Positions 1-10,375 of a stretch of DNA of 64,000 bases are shown piece by piece. The DNA comes from an uncultured bacterium. GTDB taxonomy: Bacteria > CSSED10-310 > CALFER01. A program made the position numbers and the translations under genes. Positions within the stretch are counted from its first letter, which is position 1, and each line of letters begins with the position of its first letter. A model generated the notes under the pieces. The model was not told the origin of the DNA. It saw only the letters and a program-made list of their open reading frames with translations, and searched no databases. The stretch covers positions 16,398 through 80,397 of the forward strand of contig CALFER010000076.1 in assembly GCA_937951895.1 (NCBI GenBank), in the 5' to 3' direction.

Positions 1-2
1 TG

Positions 3-2558
3 TCCTCCTATAACGACATCGGCACCGGAGGCGATCTGGCCGATGTCGACATCAGCATCGATGGCGGCGCTACATGGACCAATTTGCTGCGTTGGGATTC
101 GGATCACAGCCCGGACGGCCCCGGTGAGCCTGTCAGTCTGGATCTGACGGCCTACGCCGGTCAAACGAGCGTGATGATCCGTTTCCACTATTACGTCGCC
201 ACATACGACTGGTGGTGGGAAGTGGACCAGGTCAGGGTTCGCGGATGCTACATCGCCGGTGCGGCACCGGATATCGACGTGACTCCGCTGACCATATCCC
301 GGACCCTCTATCCCGATCAGACCGCCGATCAGGCCTTCAATATCGCCAACGTCGGCCTGATACCGCTGAACTGGACGTTGGACGAGGGATGCGGCACTCC
401 GGTCGCCTGGCTGGCTCTCGACCCGGTCGCGGGCACGCTGCCGGTCGGGAACAACGTCGATGTGTCTGCGGGATTCGACAGCACAGGATTGACCGCCGGG
501 ACCTATACAACGACAGTTTGTGTCGATTCGGACGATCCGGATGAACCGGAAATCGTCGTCGATGTGACACTGATAGTCGCCAGCCCGCCGTTGATCGATG
601 TGACGCCACTCAGCCTGTCGGTCGATCTGTGTTCCGACGCGACCACAACCGAGCAAGTCACCATTTGCAATAGCGGCGCCGAACCCCTCACCTGGCAGTT
701 GCGGGAGACGAATCCGACTGCGCCCTTATCGAGATCCGGCAAAGTGACACCGAGGTTTCCGACCGATATCGGGTACGCCCAGGACATCGGATACGTCTCG
801 GATAATTTCGTCCAGTTCACTCTGAACGACTTTTCCGGCCAGACCGTTGTCGGGACCAGCACCAACCCTTATTATGGTATGGACTTCGATCCGTCCGCGA
901 CGACTCTGTACGCGCTCAACGACACAACGGATGAACTCGGTACAATCGACCTGAATACGGCTGCATTCACCGCTATCGTGTCCTGTCCGCCCGGCGGCGG
1001 CGCAGCCAATTGGACCGGGCTGAGCATCGATCCGGTCGACGGAAGCTTCTGGGGTTGCACAGGCACGGATCTCTACGCGATCGATCCCGCCACAGGAGCC
1101 TCGACTCTCGTCGGCCCGTTCAACGCCGGCGGCACGATGATCGAGATTGCGATCAACGCAGAAGGACTGATGTATGGCCATGACATCACGACAGATTCGA
1201 TCTACACAATCGATCGGGCTACCGGTGCAGCGACTCTCGTCGGTCCCACCGGTTATGCCGCGAATTATGCTCAGGGAATGGATTTCGACAACAGCGACGG
1301 AACGCTGTACATCTTTCTCTACCTGGGCTCCGGACAGAATGTCTTCGGTACGGTGGATCTGCTGACAGGTGCCGTCACGCCGCTGACCACCAGCAGTCCG
1401 CAGGGCGAGTTCGAAGGCGCGATCAAGGTGGCGTCCGACATCACATGGCTGAGCGAATCACCGATCTCGGGCACCGTCGCACCCGGCGACTGCGTGACAG
1501 TGGACGTCACGTTCGATTCGGCCGGCCTGATTCCCGGGGCATATTCTGCTGACCTTTTGATCATCAGCAACGATCCATACAATCCGCAGGTTTCAATCCC
1601 GGTCAGCATGACCATCGTCACGCCGATCGACGACGCTGACTTCACCTGGGATCCGTTCTCGCCGGTTGTCGGTGAGACCACTGCATTTGCCGGAACGGTC
1701 ATCGGAGGTGGCATTTCGATCGATATCAGTTGGGATTGGGGGGATGGCACAACGCCTGGAAGCGGATTGAACCCGACCCATATTTACGCCGCACCGGGGA
1801 TATTTATGGTGATCATGACGGCGAGCAACGCTTGTGGATCCGTCCAGGCGCAGTATGACCTGATTGTCGATGCGCCGACTGCGACCCCGACCGGAACGAT
1901 CGCACCCACGAACACACCCACACCGACAGCGACAGCGAGCAGTACCGCCACGAGCACACCGACCCATACACCCTCGTTGCCTCCGACTGCGACCCCCACG
2001 AGGACTCCCACGGCGACTCCCACACGAACGGCGACACCGACTTCGACCCGGACCGCCACGCCGACCGGAACGCCGACCGTTTTCCCGACGTCTCCTCCCA
2101 CCATTACTCCCACAGAAACCCCGGAGCCGCCGACCCCCACCATCGCGGAGCCAACCTGGACGCCAACCGAAACCCCCGTGCCTCCGACATCGACACCGGA
2201 ATGCAGTACGCTGGGAGTGACCCTGAGTATGCCGGGTGATCTGTTCAGTCAGGGTGATGTGTGTTGGGTGCAGGCAATCATCTGCAATGACGGGTCCGAG
2301 ACGATCAGCGGGATCCCGCTGGTTGTGGTGCTGGATCTGGCTGGATCCTTCTGGTTCTGGCCATCATGGACTCCGGCGTTTGACTATGAGTTGATGTCGT
2401 TCGAACCGGGGCAGACGATCGTCGAAATCATCCCGGAATTCATCTGGCCGATCTACAGTCCCGCGTTTAGCGATGCCGTGTTCTACGGAGCGATGCTCAA
2501 TCCGGAAATGACCGCCATCCTCGGAGAGATGGATACCTGGAGTTTCAGTTGGCTCTGA
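3..2558 (+). CDS. 5'-truncated secreted multidomain protein with beta-propeller-like repeats, a PKD domain, a Pro/Thr-rich linker and the novel ~115-aa C-terminal domain
   Basis: The reading frame is open from the first base of the window (no stop upstream of the Leu at 84), so the gene is 5'-truncated. A PKD-like motif '[21 protein letters not shown]' is present. There are repeated 'LVGP...G' propeller-like segments. A PT-rich linker is encoded at ~1870-2200. The C-terminal 115 aa match the domain shared with 10 other proteins in the window. Confidence 0.7.
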   Translation, partial: SSYNDIGTGGDLADVDISIDGGATWTNLLRWDSDHSPDGPGEPVSLDLTAYAGQTSVMIRFHYYVATYDWWWEVDQVRVRGCYIAGAAPDIDVTPLTISRTLYPDQTADQAFNIANVGLIPLNWTLDEGCGTPVAWLALDPVAGTLPVGNNVDVSAGFDSTGLTAGTYTTTVCVDSDDPDEPEIVVDVTLIVASPPLIDVTPLSLSVDLCSDATTTEQVTICNSGAEPLTWQLRETNPTAPLSRSGKVTPRFPTDIGYAQDIGYVSDNFVQFTLNDFSGQTVVGTSTNPYYGMDFDPSATTLYALNDTTDELGTIDLNTAAFTAIVSCPPGGGAANWTGLSIDPVDGSFWGCTGTDLYAIDPATGASTLVGPFNAGGTMIEIAINAEGLMYGHDITTDSIYTIDRATGAATLVGPTGYAANYAQGMDFDNSDGTLYIFLYLGSGQNVFGTVDLLTGAVTPLTTSSPQGEFEGAIKVASDITWLSESPISGTVAPGDCVTVDVTFDSAGLIPGAYSADLLIISNDPYNPQVSIPVSMTIVTPIDDADFTWDPFSPVVGETTAFAGTVIGGGISIDISWDWGDGTTPGSGLNPTHIYAAPGIFMVIMTASNACGSVQAQYDLIVDAPTATPTGTIAPTNTPTPTATASSTATSTPTHTPSLPPTATPTRTPTATPTRTATPTSTRTATPTGTPTVFPTSPPTITPTETPEPPTPTIAEPTWTPTETPVPPTSTPECSTLGVTLSMPGDLFSQGDVCWVQAIICNDGSETISGIPLVVVLDLAGSFWFWPSWTPAFDYELMSFEPGQTIVEIIPEFIWPIYSPAFSDAVFYGAMLNPEMTAILGEMDTWSFSWL

Positions 2559-2581
2559 GGTGATTTTGAACGTTCCGATTG

Positions 2582-2609
2582 GAGAGCAGGCCGGAGACGG
2601 TCTGCTCTC
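2582..2609. terminator. Possible bidirectional hairpin between convergent genes (GAGAGCAG-N12-CTGCTCTC)
   Basis: An 8-bp perfect inverted repeat lies in the 214-nt gap between the stop of the + strand gene (2558) and the stop of aspA (2773). There is no clear U-tract. Confidence 0.3.
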
Positions 2610-2772
2610 GTCTTGCCGGACATCGCCGATGAAGCGGTCGGTGGTGTCGACTCCCATTGTCCGGCACATGTCGCGCATGGCGGGATCGAGTGTCCGGAGA
2701 GGCGCGCCGCATCGATCCGATTAAAGCATGAGAAGGCGGAGTGGCGCAACGGACCCTTGCGCATGCCGGCCG

Positions 2773-4221
2773 TCAATGCCCCGTGTCCGACCGCTCCGAC
2801 GAAGGTTCTTTCGGATTCCGGTGAATGAGCCGCGGCCGGGTCATCGCTTCCGGCGACAGGGCATCATCGAGTTCTGCCTTGGTCATGACACCTCTCTCGA
2901 GAACGATGTCGTACACCGAGCGGCCGGTCCGGATCGCCTCAGCGGCGATTTCCGAGGATGTTTCATAACCGAGTAATGGATTGAGGGCGGTCACGAGTCC
3001 GATGCTGTTTTCGACCATCTTCCGGCAGACGTCCCGGTTCGCCGTGATTCCCTCGATGCAGCGCTCGGTCAGTGTCCGGCATGCCCGGCCGAGAATATCC
3101 AGCGACGTGAACAGATTGTACGCGATCACCGGCTCCATGACGTTGAGTTCAAGCTGGCCGGCCTCGGCTGCCATCGATATCGTCAGATCGTTTCCGATGA
3201 CCTCGAATGCCACCTGATTGACGACTTCGGGAATGATCGGATTGACTTTTCCCGGCATGATGGATGATCCCGGCGCCATCGGCGGCAGGTTGATTTCGTT
3301 CAGACCGGCGCGCGGTCCCGAGGAGAGGAGTCTGAGATCGTTGCAGATTTTGGACAGTTTGATCGCGACGCGTTTCAGAACGCCTGAAAGCTGAACATAC
3401 GCGCCCGTGTCCTGCGTCGCCTCAACGAGATTTTCGGCGAGAAATACCGGCAATCCTGTCAGTTCGCGGATTTTTTCCGTCACCAGTCCGGCATAATCCG
3501 GGTGTGCATTCAGGCCCGTCCCGATCGCGGTCGCTCCCATGTTGATCTCGTGTATCAACGTCTGCGAATCGCGAACACGCTCGATGTCTTCACCCACGGT
3601 GGTCGCCCAGGATCCGAATTCCTGCCCCAGCGTCATCGGAACGGCGTCCTGCAACTGTGTTCGTCCCATCTTGATTACATCCGCAAACGCAACGCTCTTC
3701 GCCACCAGCGCGTGCCGCAATCCCTCCATCTCGCGCACCAGCCCATCCATCTTGCGGCTGAGTGTCAGGCGCAGTGCGGTCGGATAGACATCGTTCGTGG
3801 ATTGAGACAGATTGACATGGTTGAGGGGATGGATGATGTCGTATCGGCCTTTTTCATATCCCATGAGTTCATTTGCCCGGTTCGCGATGACTTCGTTCGC
3901 GTTCATGTTAGTCGATGTGCCTGCGCCTCCCTGAATGACATCGACGACGAATTCGTCATGCAGTTTCCCGTCGATGATCTCGTCGCACGCGCCGGAAATG
4001 GCCGATGCGATTTCGGCACTCAGCAGCCCCAGTTCGCTGTTTGCCCGGGCCGCCGCTTTTTTGATGCAGGCGAGTGAATGCAGCAGGCGGGGATAGTGCG
4101 AGATCGGAATACCGGTGATTCTGAAGTTTTCGAGGGCGCGCAGTGTCTGAATGCCGTAATAGCGATGCGCCGGCACCTCACGCTCGCCCAGCAGATCATG
4201 CTCTTTTCTCATCGAATCCAT
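2773..4221 (-). CDS. aspA: Aspartate ammonia-lyase (aspartase)
   Basis: The protein is near full length and collinear with the aspartase/fumarase class II family. It carries the signature 'GSSIMPGKVNP'. The N-terminus 'HDLLGEREVPAHRYYGIQTLRALENF' and blocks 'DVIQGGAGTSTNMNANEV', 'MGRTQLQDAVPMTLGQEF' and 'KICNDLRLLSSGPRAGLNEINLP' match AspA rather than FumC. A GGAGGA Shine-Dalgarno lies 6 nt upstream of the ATG at 4221. Confidence 0.88.
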   Translation of the reverse strand: MDSMRKEHDLLGEREVPAHRYYGIQTLRALENFRITGIPISHYPRLLHSLACIKKAAARANSELGLLSAEIASAISGACDEIIDGKLHDEFVVDVIQGGAGTSTNMNANEVIANRANELMGYEKGRYDIIHPLNHVNLSQSTNDVYPTALRLTLSRKMDGLVREMEGLRHALVAKSVAFADVIKMGRTQLQDAVPMTLGQEFGSWATTVGEDIERVRDSQTLIHEINMGATAIGTGLNAHPDYAGLVTEKIRELTGLPVFLAENLVEATQDTGAYVQLSGVLKRVAIKLSKICNDLRLLSSGPRAGLNEINLPPMAPGSSIMPGKVNPIIPEVVNQVAFEVIGNDLTISMAAEAGQLELNVMEPVIAYNLFTSLDILGRACRTLTERCIEGITANRDVCRKMVENSIGLVTALNPLLGYETSSEIAAEAIRTGRSVYDIVLERGVMTKAELDDALSPEAMTRPRLIHRNPKEPSSERSDTGH

Positions 4222-4546
4222 CGTTCATCCTCCGATCGGAAATTGATTCCGATGCCCGTTCAACTATTTCTCGAGTTCTTCGAACATTCGGATCGAGTAT
4301 TTCAGGATATCTTTGTACGTCATGAAGGAAGCTCCTTTCTGAATCCCGGAATACGATGTTCTGATCCATGATGCGATACTAGTCGATCGGATTTCGTCCT
4401 GCAATGACCGGGGTTTTTTATCGGGTCGGACCGGAGTGTACGCCTTGTCAACGAATGCTGTGCCAAGTAAGATATCTCTCGTGTACCGGATCCACGGGAT
4501 CGCGTGGAATGCATCAGACCCCAAGTCGCCATGAAAGGAAACACCC

Positions 4547-5701
4547 ATGAAGTACCGCCCGTTCGGCAAACTGGATTTCGATGTGTCTGTTCTCGGGTTC
4601 GGCGCGATGCGCTTGCCCGTCCTGGACGGTGACCATGGGAAAATCGACGAATCCCAGGCGGAAAAACTCGTGTGCCGCGCAATTGACGGCGGAATCAATT
4701 ACATCGACACCGCTTATGTGTATCATCAGGGCAACAGTGAAACATTCCTCGGAAAGATCCTTCACGGCGAACGCAGGAACAAGGTCCGAATCGCAACGAA
4801 GCTGCCCTGCTGGCAGGTCAAGGAATACGGGGATTTCGACCGGCTTCTCAACGAGCAGCTCGGCCGGTTGCGAACCGACCACATCGATTTTTATCTGCTG
4901 CATTCCCTCATGAATCGATTCTGGTCTCGTGTCCGTGATCTGGGGATCCTGCAATGGGCCGAAAAAGCGAAACAGGACGGCCGGGTCGGGCATATCGGGT
5001 TTTCATTCCACGATAAACTCGATGTCTTCAAGAGCCTCATCGACGAGTATCCGGGATGGGAGTTCTGCCAGATTCAATACAATTACATGGACATCGAGAA
5101 TCAGGCGGGGCGGGAGGGGCTCCGGTACGCAGCCGCGAGAGGAATTCCGGTCATCGTGATGGAACCGGTTCTTGGCGGCAATCTCGTCAATCCTCCTCCC
5201 CATGTGAAACCACTGTTCGATGCCCGCCCGGATGGAAGAACCCCCGCGGATTGGGCGTTTCAGTGGATCTGGGACCAACCGGAGGTCACATTGGCGCTCA
5301 GCGGGATGAGTACCCTTGAGCAACTTGAAGAAAACCTGGCGAGCGCGGATCGATCGGGAGCGGGAACGTTATCCGATGCGGATCGGTCATTCATCGATCG
5401 TGTCCGGGACCGGTACCTGGAAAAGAAGCCGATTCCCTGCACGCAATGTGAGTATTGCATGCCGTGTCCGCACGGGGTCATGATCCCGATGAATCTGGCG
5501 ATCTACAACGATGGTCTGGTGTTCGGGAACATGGAGCAGGCGAAAGGTCTTTACAATCATTTCTACCGCAGGGAAACACTGGCCGGAGCCTGCACGCAAT
5601 GCATGGAGTGTCTGCCGAAATGTCCGCAGCAGATCGAGATTCCGGACTGGATGACACGCATTCATGCCGCGCTGGCCGAAACACCGCCGGCACAGGCTTG
5701 A
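4547..5701 (+). CDS. Aldo/keto reductase family oxidoreductase with C-terminal Cys-rich (Fe-S/ferredoxin-like) extension
   Basis: The N-terminal AKR fold is recognisable ('LGFGAMRLP', 'GINYIDTAYVYHQGNSE', 'DHIDFYLLH'). The C-terminus has two Cys clusters, 'CTQCEYCMPCP' and 'CTQCMECLPKCP'. An SD-like AAAGGAAA site precedes the ATG. Confidence 0.75.
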   Translation: MKYRPFGKLDFDVSVLGFGAMRLPVLDGDHGKIDESQAEKLVCRAIDGGINYIDTAYVYHQGNSETFLGKILHGERRNKVRIATKLPCWQVKEYGDFDRLLNEQLGRLRTDHIDFYLLHSLMNRFWSRVRDLGILQWAEKAKQDGRVGHIGFSFHDKLDVFKSLIDEYPGWEFCQIQYNYMDIENQAGREGLRYAAARGIPVIVMEPVLGGNLVNPPPHVKPLFDARPDGRTPADWAFQWIWDQPEVTLALSGMSTLEQLEENLASADRSGAGTLSDADRSFIDRVRDRYLEKKPIPCTQCEYCMPCPHGVMIPMNLAIYNDGLVFGNMEQAKGLYNHFYRRETLAGACTQCMECLPKCPQQIEIPDWMTRIHAALAETPPAQA

Positions 5702-5735
5702 TCGATTTCCCTTCAAGGTCGCGGGCGACTGCCCG

Positions 5736-6791
5736 TCAATTCAGAACCACCTGCGTCAGATTGAAATAGGGCAGGAACATGCCCAGCGCGATCAGGGCGA
5801 CCAGGATACCCATCACGAGCGTGAGAATCGGTTCCAGGACAGTTGTCAGATTGGACACCATGTCATCCACATCCCGCAGGTAAAAATCCGCCACCTTTTT
5901 CAAAACCGTGCCGACCGCACCGACTTCCTCGCCCACGCCGATCATGTCGATGACCAGAGGAGGCAGTGCGGGATGCTTCGTCAGTGCCTGCTCGATATTG
6001 CTCCCTTTGTCGATTTCTCCGCACGAACGGAGGATCGCGGCCTTGAGAACACTGTTCCCGGTGGCGGCGGCGGCAAGATTCATCGTCGGAAGTATCGAGA
6101 CACCGCTTTCGATCATCGTGGAGGTGATCGATGCGAAGCGGAACGTTGCCAGTTTGATCATCAGTGTACGGACAATCGGTGTTTTCAAACTCAGGGAGTC
6201 CATGAATGCGGTCAACCGGAGCCATCTTCCGGATTTGTGGAAGAGTAGAAAAGCGAAGACTGCCGCGAGCAGGATGATCCACCAGTACGATTGGACGAGT
6301 TGCGAGGATTTGATCAGGCTTTTCGTGATGAACGGAAGCTCGACACCTGCATCGGAGTAGACGGACGCGAAGATGGGAATGACATAGATCAGCAGGAAGA
6401 TGATGACGGCGAAGGCCATCAGGAGGGTGATCAGGGGGAACGCCAGTGCTTTCTGGATTTTGCCTCCGAGAGCGTCTTCTTTTTCGAGATAATCCGCGAG
6501 CTGGTTCATGACCTCGGAAAGCTGCCCGCTCTCTTCTCCGGCCTGGACCGAGGTCACGAAAAAATCTCCGAAAATCGTACGGAATCTGCCCAGCGCGTGC
6601 GACAGGGATTCGCCCTGTTCGACGATTTGACCGATATTCCCGACGATCGTCTTCAATCGGCGGTTCGCGGTGCGTTGGGAGATGATGTTCAGGGCTCTGA
6701 GAACGGTGACACCGAGATCGAGCATGAGAGCGAATTGTCGTGAGAACACCGCCAGGTCTCGTCGCGTGATCCGTTCGAATAGGTGCAGCAT
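5736..6791 (-). CDS. Type II secretion / type IV pilus platform protein (GspF/PilC family)
   Basis: Two T2SSF-type repeats each carry three TM helices and 'GE.SG.L' like segments ('AGEESGQLSEVMNQLADY', 'GVGEEVGAVGTVLKKVADFY'). The start is refined to the ATG at 6791, preceded by AAGGAGA, and lies 13 nt downstream of the ATPase stop. Confidence 0.8.
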   Translation of the reverse strand: MLHLFERITRRDLAVFSRQFALMLDLGVTVLRALNIISQRTANRRLKTIVGNIGQIVEQGESLSHALGRFRTIFGDFFVTSVQAGEESGQLSEVMNQLADYLEKEDALGGKIQKALAFPLITLLMAFAVIIFLLIYVIPIFASVYSDAGVELPFITKSLIKSSQLVQSYWWIILLAAVFAFLLFHKSGRWLRLTAFMDSLSLKTPIVRTLMIKLATFRFASITSTMIESGVSILPTMNLAAAATGNSVLKAAILRSCGEIDKGSNIEQALTKHPALPPLVIDMIGVGEEVGAVGTVLKKVADFYLRDVDDMVSNLTTVLEPILTLVMGILVALIALGMFLPYFNLTQVVLN

Positions 6792-6804
6792 GAAGGTCTC
6801 CTTA

Positions 6805-8976
6805 TTATGCGAGACTGATTTCCCGCAGAACTTCTTCGGGGGTGGTGACAGCATCCCTGAGTTTTCGGATGCCGTTCACGGCGAGTGTCTGCATGCCCCC
6901 CTTGACCGCAGCGGCTCGGATCTCCTCGTCGGTCGCTCCAGCCGCGATCATCCGGCTGATATCCGGGTTGATCACCATCAATTCAAAAATTCCGGTACGT
7001 CCCCGGAAACCGGTATGAAAACACGCATCGCATCCCACTGCTTTCCCGATCCTCAGGTCCGGATCGTCATCCCATCCAAGAAATCGACGGAGGGATTCGG
7101 ACGGCGGCACCAGGGTTTTGCAGGTGTCACAGAGTTTTCGCACGAGACGTTGGGCGACGACACCCACAATGGAACTCGACAGAAGAAAGCGTTCGACTCC
7201 CAGATTGCCCATCATGGCAACTGCGCTGGCGGCATCCTTCGTGTGGAGCGTGCAGAACACGAGCTGGCCGGTCAGTGCGGCCCATGTTGCCACTTTCGCA
7301 GTTTCACTGTCCCTCACTTCACCCACCATGATGATATCTGCGTCATGTCTGAGAAGCGCACGCAGCCCTGTTCGGAAATCCAGTCCGATGTCCGGGTTGA
7401 CCTGGATCTGATTGATGCCCGCCAGGCGATACTCCACGGGATCCTCGATCGTGACGATATTCCTGTTCAGGATATTGGTCTGATTCAGGGCGGCGTAAAG
7501 TGTCGTCGTCTTTCCGCTTCCGATCGGTCCCGTGACCAGGATCATGCCGTGCGGCATTTCGATCAGGGATTCCATTTTCCTGAGATCCTCCGATTCCCAT
7601 CCGAGTTGCCGCAACCCGGTCAGTACGCGGCTTTCGTCCAGAAACCGAATCGTCAGTTTTTCTCCGAGATAGGTTGGAATGGATGCCGATCGGAAATTGA
7701 AGTTGCGATTGCGCAGTTCCATTGAAAAGTTGCCGTCCTGCGGGCGCCGTTTTTCCGTAATGTCCATATTCGACAAGAGTTTGATTCTGGACAACAGGGG
7801 TAATTCGAGCGCTTTCGGAATCGTCATGACATCATACAGAAGTCCGTCGATCCGGTACCGTACCCGCATTTCGGGAATTTGCGGTTCGAGATGAATGTCG
7901 GTTGCGCGCGCGTTGATCGCTCCATCGATAATCGAACTGGCCAACTGAACCGCGGATACATCGTCTGTGGACAGAGATCCGGCTCGCGTGCCCTCGCGCA
8001 ATTTCTTCTCGAGTTCGGACCCCGTGCCGGCGATCGCCCGTGAGGCATACAGTTTCCCGACGTGTTTCTCCCAGTCGTTCGCAAGAATGAGCGTCGGAAT
8101 CAGTTCGAACCCGGTAACCAGCCGCGCTTTCTGAATCGCGATTTCGTCCAGCGGATCGACCATTCCCAGTACGAGTTTACCGTTTTTCATCTTGATCGGC
8201 AGCAGTTTGTGCATTCGGATCACATGTTCCGGTATCACGAATGCCATCTCCTCGTTCGGCGGGTTTTTATTCAGGTCGATGAATGGAATATCGAGCACTT
8301 TTTCGAGGGTTGCCGAGACTTTCTCAGGAGACACCGCCTTGTTTGAAATCAAGGCGGAAATAATGGGCATTCCATCCTCTTCATGCAGTTTCCGGGCTCT
8401 CTCGACATCGTTGGCGCTCACGAGATTCGTGTTGAGCAGAACATCGATGACCAGATCTTCCTTGGCATGTGACACACCGATTCCGACTCGGGATTTCATG
8501 AGGTCGGCAATCGTGGAGTGACTGACCATCCTGAGATTCAGCAGGACACGCCATAGTGGAAGTCCGCTGGCCGTCTCCTGAGCGCGGGCCCGCTCCAGTT
8601 GCTCGGAGGTGATGATCCCCTTGGAAACGAGGAGTTCGCCGAGTTGCTGATCGTCGTCCGACGCATCGAGCGCTTTTCTGAGTTCCTGATCGCTGATGAT
8701 CCCGGACTCGATCAGCACATTGCGAACCTCTTTCTTATCCCGGGTCCTGAAAAACGGGAGCGGTACCTCGTAGAGTAACAGAGACTTGAGACTATCGATG
8801 CTGACTTCCTGCTTCAGGATGTCCTTGATATCCTTCCCGGATTTTTCCTGCTGTTTGAGCAACTGGTCCATTTTCTCCGAGGTCACCAAACCGGCTTCCC
8901 TCAATACTTCACCGAGCTTGAATTCCATCGTCGTTTCACTCGGCTTCGATTGGGTCTGTTTCTGATCCTGATTCAT
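6805..8976 (-). CDS. Type II secretion / type IV pilus ATPase (GspE/PilB family) with N-terminal tandem MshEN-like domains
   Basis: Walker A 'TGPIGSGKTTTLYA', the GspE signature region, and a C-terminal Cys tetrad ('CDTC...CDAC') are present. The N-terminus has repeated ~70-aa modules containing 'KLGEVLREAGLVTSEKMDQLLKQQ' and 'QLGELLVSKGIITSEQLERARAQ'. A GGAGGGAA SD precedes the ATG at 8976. Confidence 0.85.
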   Translation of the reverse strand: MNQDQKQTQSKPSETTMEFKLGEVLREAGLVTSEKMDQLLKQQEKSGKDIKDILKQEVSIDSLKSLLLYEVPLPFFRTRDKKEVRNVLIESGIISDQELRKALDASDDDQQLGELLVSKGIITSEQLERARAQETASGLPLWRVLLNLRMVSHSTIADLMKSRVGIGVSHAKEDLVIDVLLNTNLVSANDVERARKLHEEDGMPIISALISNKAVSPEKVSATLEKVLDIPFIDLNKNPPNEEMAFVIPEHVIRMHKLLPIKMKNGKLVLGMVDPLDEIAIQKARLVTGFELIPTLILANDWEKHVGKLYASRAIAGTGSELEKKLREGTRAGSLSTDDVSAVQLASSIIDGAINARATDIHLEPQIPEMRVRYRIDGLLYDVMTIPKALELPLLSRIKLLSNMDITEKRRPQDGNFSMELRNRNFNFRSASIPTYLGEKLTIRFLDESRVLTGLRQLGWESEDLRKMESLIEMPHGMILVTGPIGSGKTTTLYAALNQTNILNRNIVTIEDPVEYRLAGINQIQVNPDIGLDFRTGLRALLRHDADIIMVGEVRDSETAKVATWAALTGQLVFCTLHTKDAASAVAMMGNLGVERFLLSSSIVGVVAQRLVRKLCDTCKTLVPPSESLRRFLGWDDDPDLRIGKAVGCDACFHTGFRGRTGIFELMVINPDISRMIAAGATDEEIRAAAVKGGMQTLAVNGIRKLRDAVTTPEEVLREISLA

Positions 8977-8994
8977 CTCGTTCCCTCCATTTGC

Positions 8995-9420
8995 TTAGAG
9001 TTCATCGACGTCGAGAATCCGGATGGAGTCATTCGAAAGCGCGATCCGCGCTTCCTGTCGCACCATCGTCTCGCGGGCATGTCCGGCGAATCGGCCTTCA
9101 ATGCGAACGAGCCATTCCCCGGGATTATCGAACGGCGTGCAGGTTACCCGATCCCATCGCATTGCCGGAACATCCGGAAGACCCTGCAGGATCACTCGAT
9201 CTGCATCCGGTTGCGGGATCATCGCCGGCTGGATCGCTCCGGGTAACCGCTGCCAGACTCCGGCCATCAGAATCCGGCAGGTCATCCGGTCGTTGAAGGC
9301 GTCGATCGTCCGGTAGTGCCGCTGAGCAGACCAATCGAATGCCATTGCGATGCTCATGATGAGCATCAGAAATGCAAGAGCCATCGGGAGTGCGGCGCCA
9401 CGATCCGAATGACGTCTCAT
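8995..9420 (-). CDS. Small membrane-anchored protein, possible minor pseudopilin / GspK-like component
   Basis: The start is refined to the ATG at 9420 (AAGGAGAGGG SD), which overlaps the upstream stop as ATGA, indicating translational coupling. The N-terminus is hydrophobic ('ALPMALAFLMLIMSIAMAF') but lacks a canonical G-F-T-L-E prepilin motif. The long N-terminal extension in the ORF track was rejected. Confidence 0.4.
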   Translation of the reverse strand: MRRHSDRGAALPMALAFLMLIMSIAMAFDWSAQRHYRTIDAFNDRMTCRILMAGVWQRLPGAIQPAMIPQPDADRVILQGLPDVPAMRWDRVTCTPFDNPGEWLVRIEGRFAGHARETMVRQEARIALSNDSIRILDVDEL

Positions 9421-9980
9421 ACGCCCTCTCCTTGTTGCGGTCTTGTACTGTCGTCGATTCCCGCCGGAACGTCCACCGTCAGAACGAAAGGCTGCAGGAC
9501 GACACTCCCGGACGGCTTGGGAGAAACCGTCATTCGAACGGCGGCGGGCGGTCGATCCGACTCCCATCGCTCGATCCAGTCAGATCCCCGTAGATAGGCG
9601 AATGTGATCGAACACGGAAAACTCCGCTCAACGGCCGGTTCCCGATCGTTCGGTTTACGAAGATACGAACTCGTCGAATCCGCATTGGAGTGGATGCGAA
9701 CCTCCTGCATGATCCGGCCACGTCGGACCGTGAAGGCACATTCATGTGTGCTGAATTGGATGGGGTATTCAGGCGCGAGTCGCATCAGGTCGGAAGCGGT
9801 CAGATCCAGCAATCGAACCGATGCGTCGACACCGTGCAATCGGGTGTCCCCGGTTCTGCTGATCCGTACAAATCGTGAAAGAAGTCCGAACAGCAGGGAA
9901 ACGATCATGCCCAGAATCGCGATGACGGTCAGTATTTCCAGCAGAGTGAATCCTCTGGAGGAGTTTCGATGGCTCATCAT
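9417..9980 (-). CDS. Prepilin-type N-terminal cleavage/methylation domain pseudopilin
   Basis: The N-terminus 'SRGFTLLEILTVIAILGMIVSLLF' carries a class III signal with Glu at +5. A GAGGAGGG SD is present. The start overlaps the upstream gene stop. Confidence 0.7.
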   Translation of the reverse strand: MMSHRNSSRGFTLLEILTVIAILGMIVSLLFGLLSRFVRISRTGDTRLHGVDASVRLLDLTASDLMRLAPEYPIQFSTHECAFTVRRGRIMQEVRIHSNADSTSSYLRKPNDREPAVERSFPCSITFAYLRGSDWIERWESDRPPAAVRMTVSPKPSGSVVLQPFVLTVDVPAGIDDSTRPQQGEGV

Positions 9981-10363
9981 CTCGATCCCTCCTCAACATC
10001 AAACCCGTCAAGGGCATCGCGGACGAAATAATACGTTCGTGTAAACTCGTTGCGGTATCGGAGTTTCATGGCCAGTACGTCCGGTTTTCCCGGGAGCGGG
10101 GGGCTGGAGTCATCGAAGGTTACGTGAAAGCCGCTTGACGAGTGTTTCCCTTCCGAAGCTTGGTCGACGGGCTTCCGGAGGCGGGCATCGACACGGATGG
10201 AGGACGCTTCGAGCGCGCTCCTCGCGAGCATTTCTGTCCGATGAACAGCGTTGTTCGACCGGATGAGCAGGCTGAAAACGGCCGATAATCCTATCCCGAT
10301 GACCGCAAGGGCAACCAGCGTTTCGACAATTGAGAATCCCGCGCAGGTCCAGGTGCGTTTCAT
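9977..10363 (-). CDS. Prepilin-type pseudopilin (GspI/GspH-like)
   Basis: The N-terminus 'AGFSIVETLVALAVIGIGLSAVFSLL' is a class III signal. The gene lies 12 nt downstream of the FGE-domain gene stop. Confidence 0.7.
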   Translation of the reverse strand: MKRTWTCAGFSIVETLVALAVIGIGLSAVFSLLIRSNNAVHRTEMLARSALEASSIRVDARLRKPVDQASEGKHSSSGFHVTFDDSSPPLPGKPDVLAMKLRYRNEFTRTYYFVRDALDGFDVEEGSR

Positions 10364-10375
10364 CGTTGAACCTCG

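Noticed and set aside
212-2220. Numerous 60-150-aa ORFs on alternative frames and strands inside the large genes (e.g. 212-544, 726-1181, 1784-2143, 1864-2220 and similar throughout the track).
   Set aside because: They lie wholly inside long, well-supported ORFs. They have Arg/Pro/Gly-rich low-complexity translations typical of high-GC shadow frames or of PT-linker coding repeats. They have no SD sites.
4264-4698. A 144-aa minus-strand ORF spanning the aspA/AKR divergent intergenic region.
   Set aside because: It overlaps the well-supported AKR start and the divergent promoter region. It has no SD and its translation looks non-protein-like.
8995-9567. The 190-aa version of the ORF between the pseudopilin and the ATPase, with an Arg/Gly-rich N-terminal extension.
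   Set aside because: An internal ATG at 9420 has a strong AAGGAGAGGG SD and overlaps the upstream stop (ATGA). The extension is low-complexity. The shorter gene was adopted.
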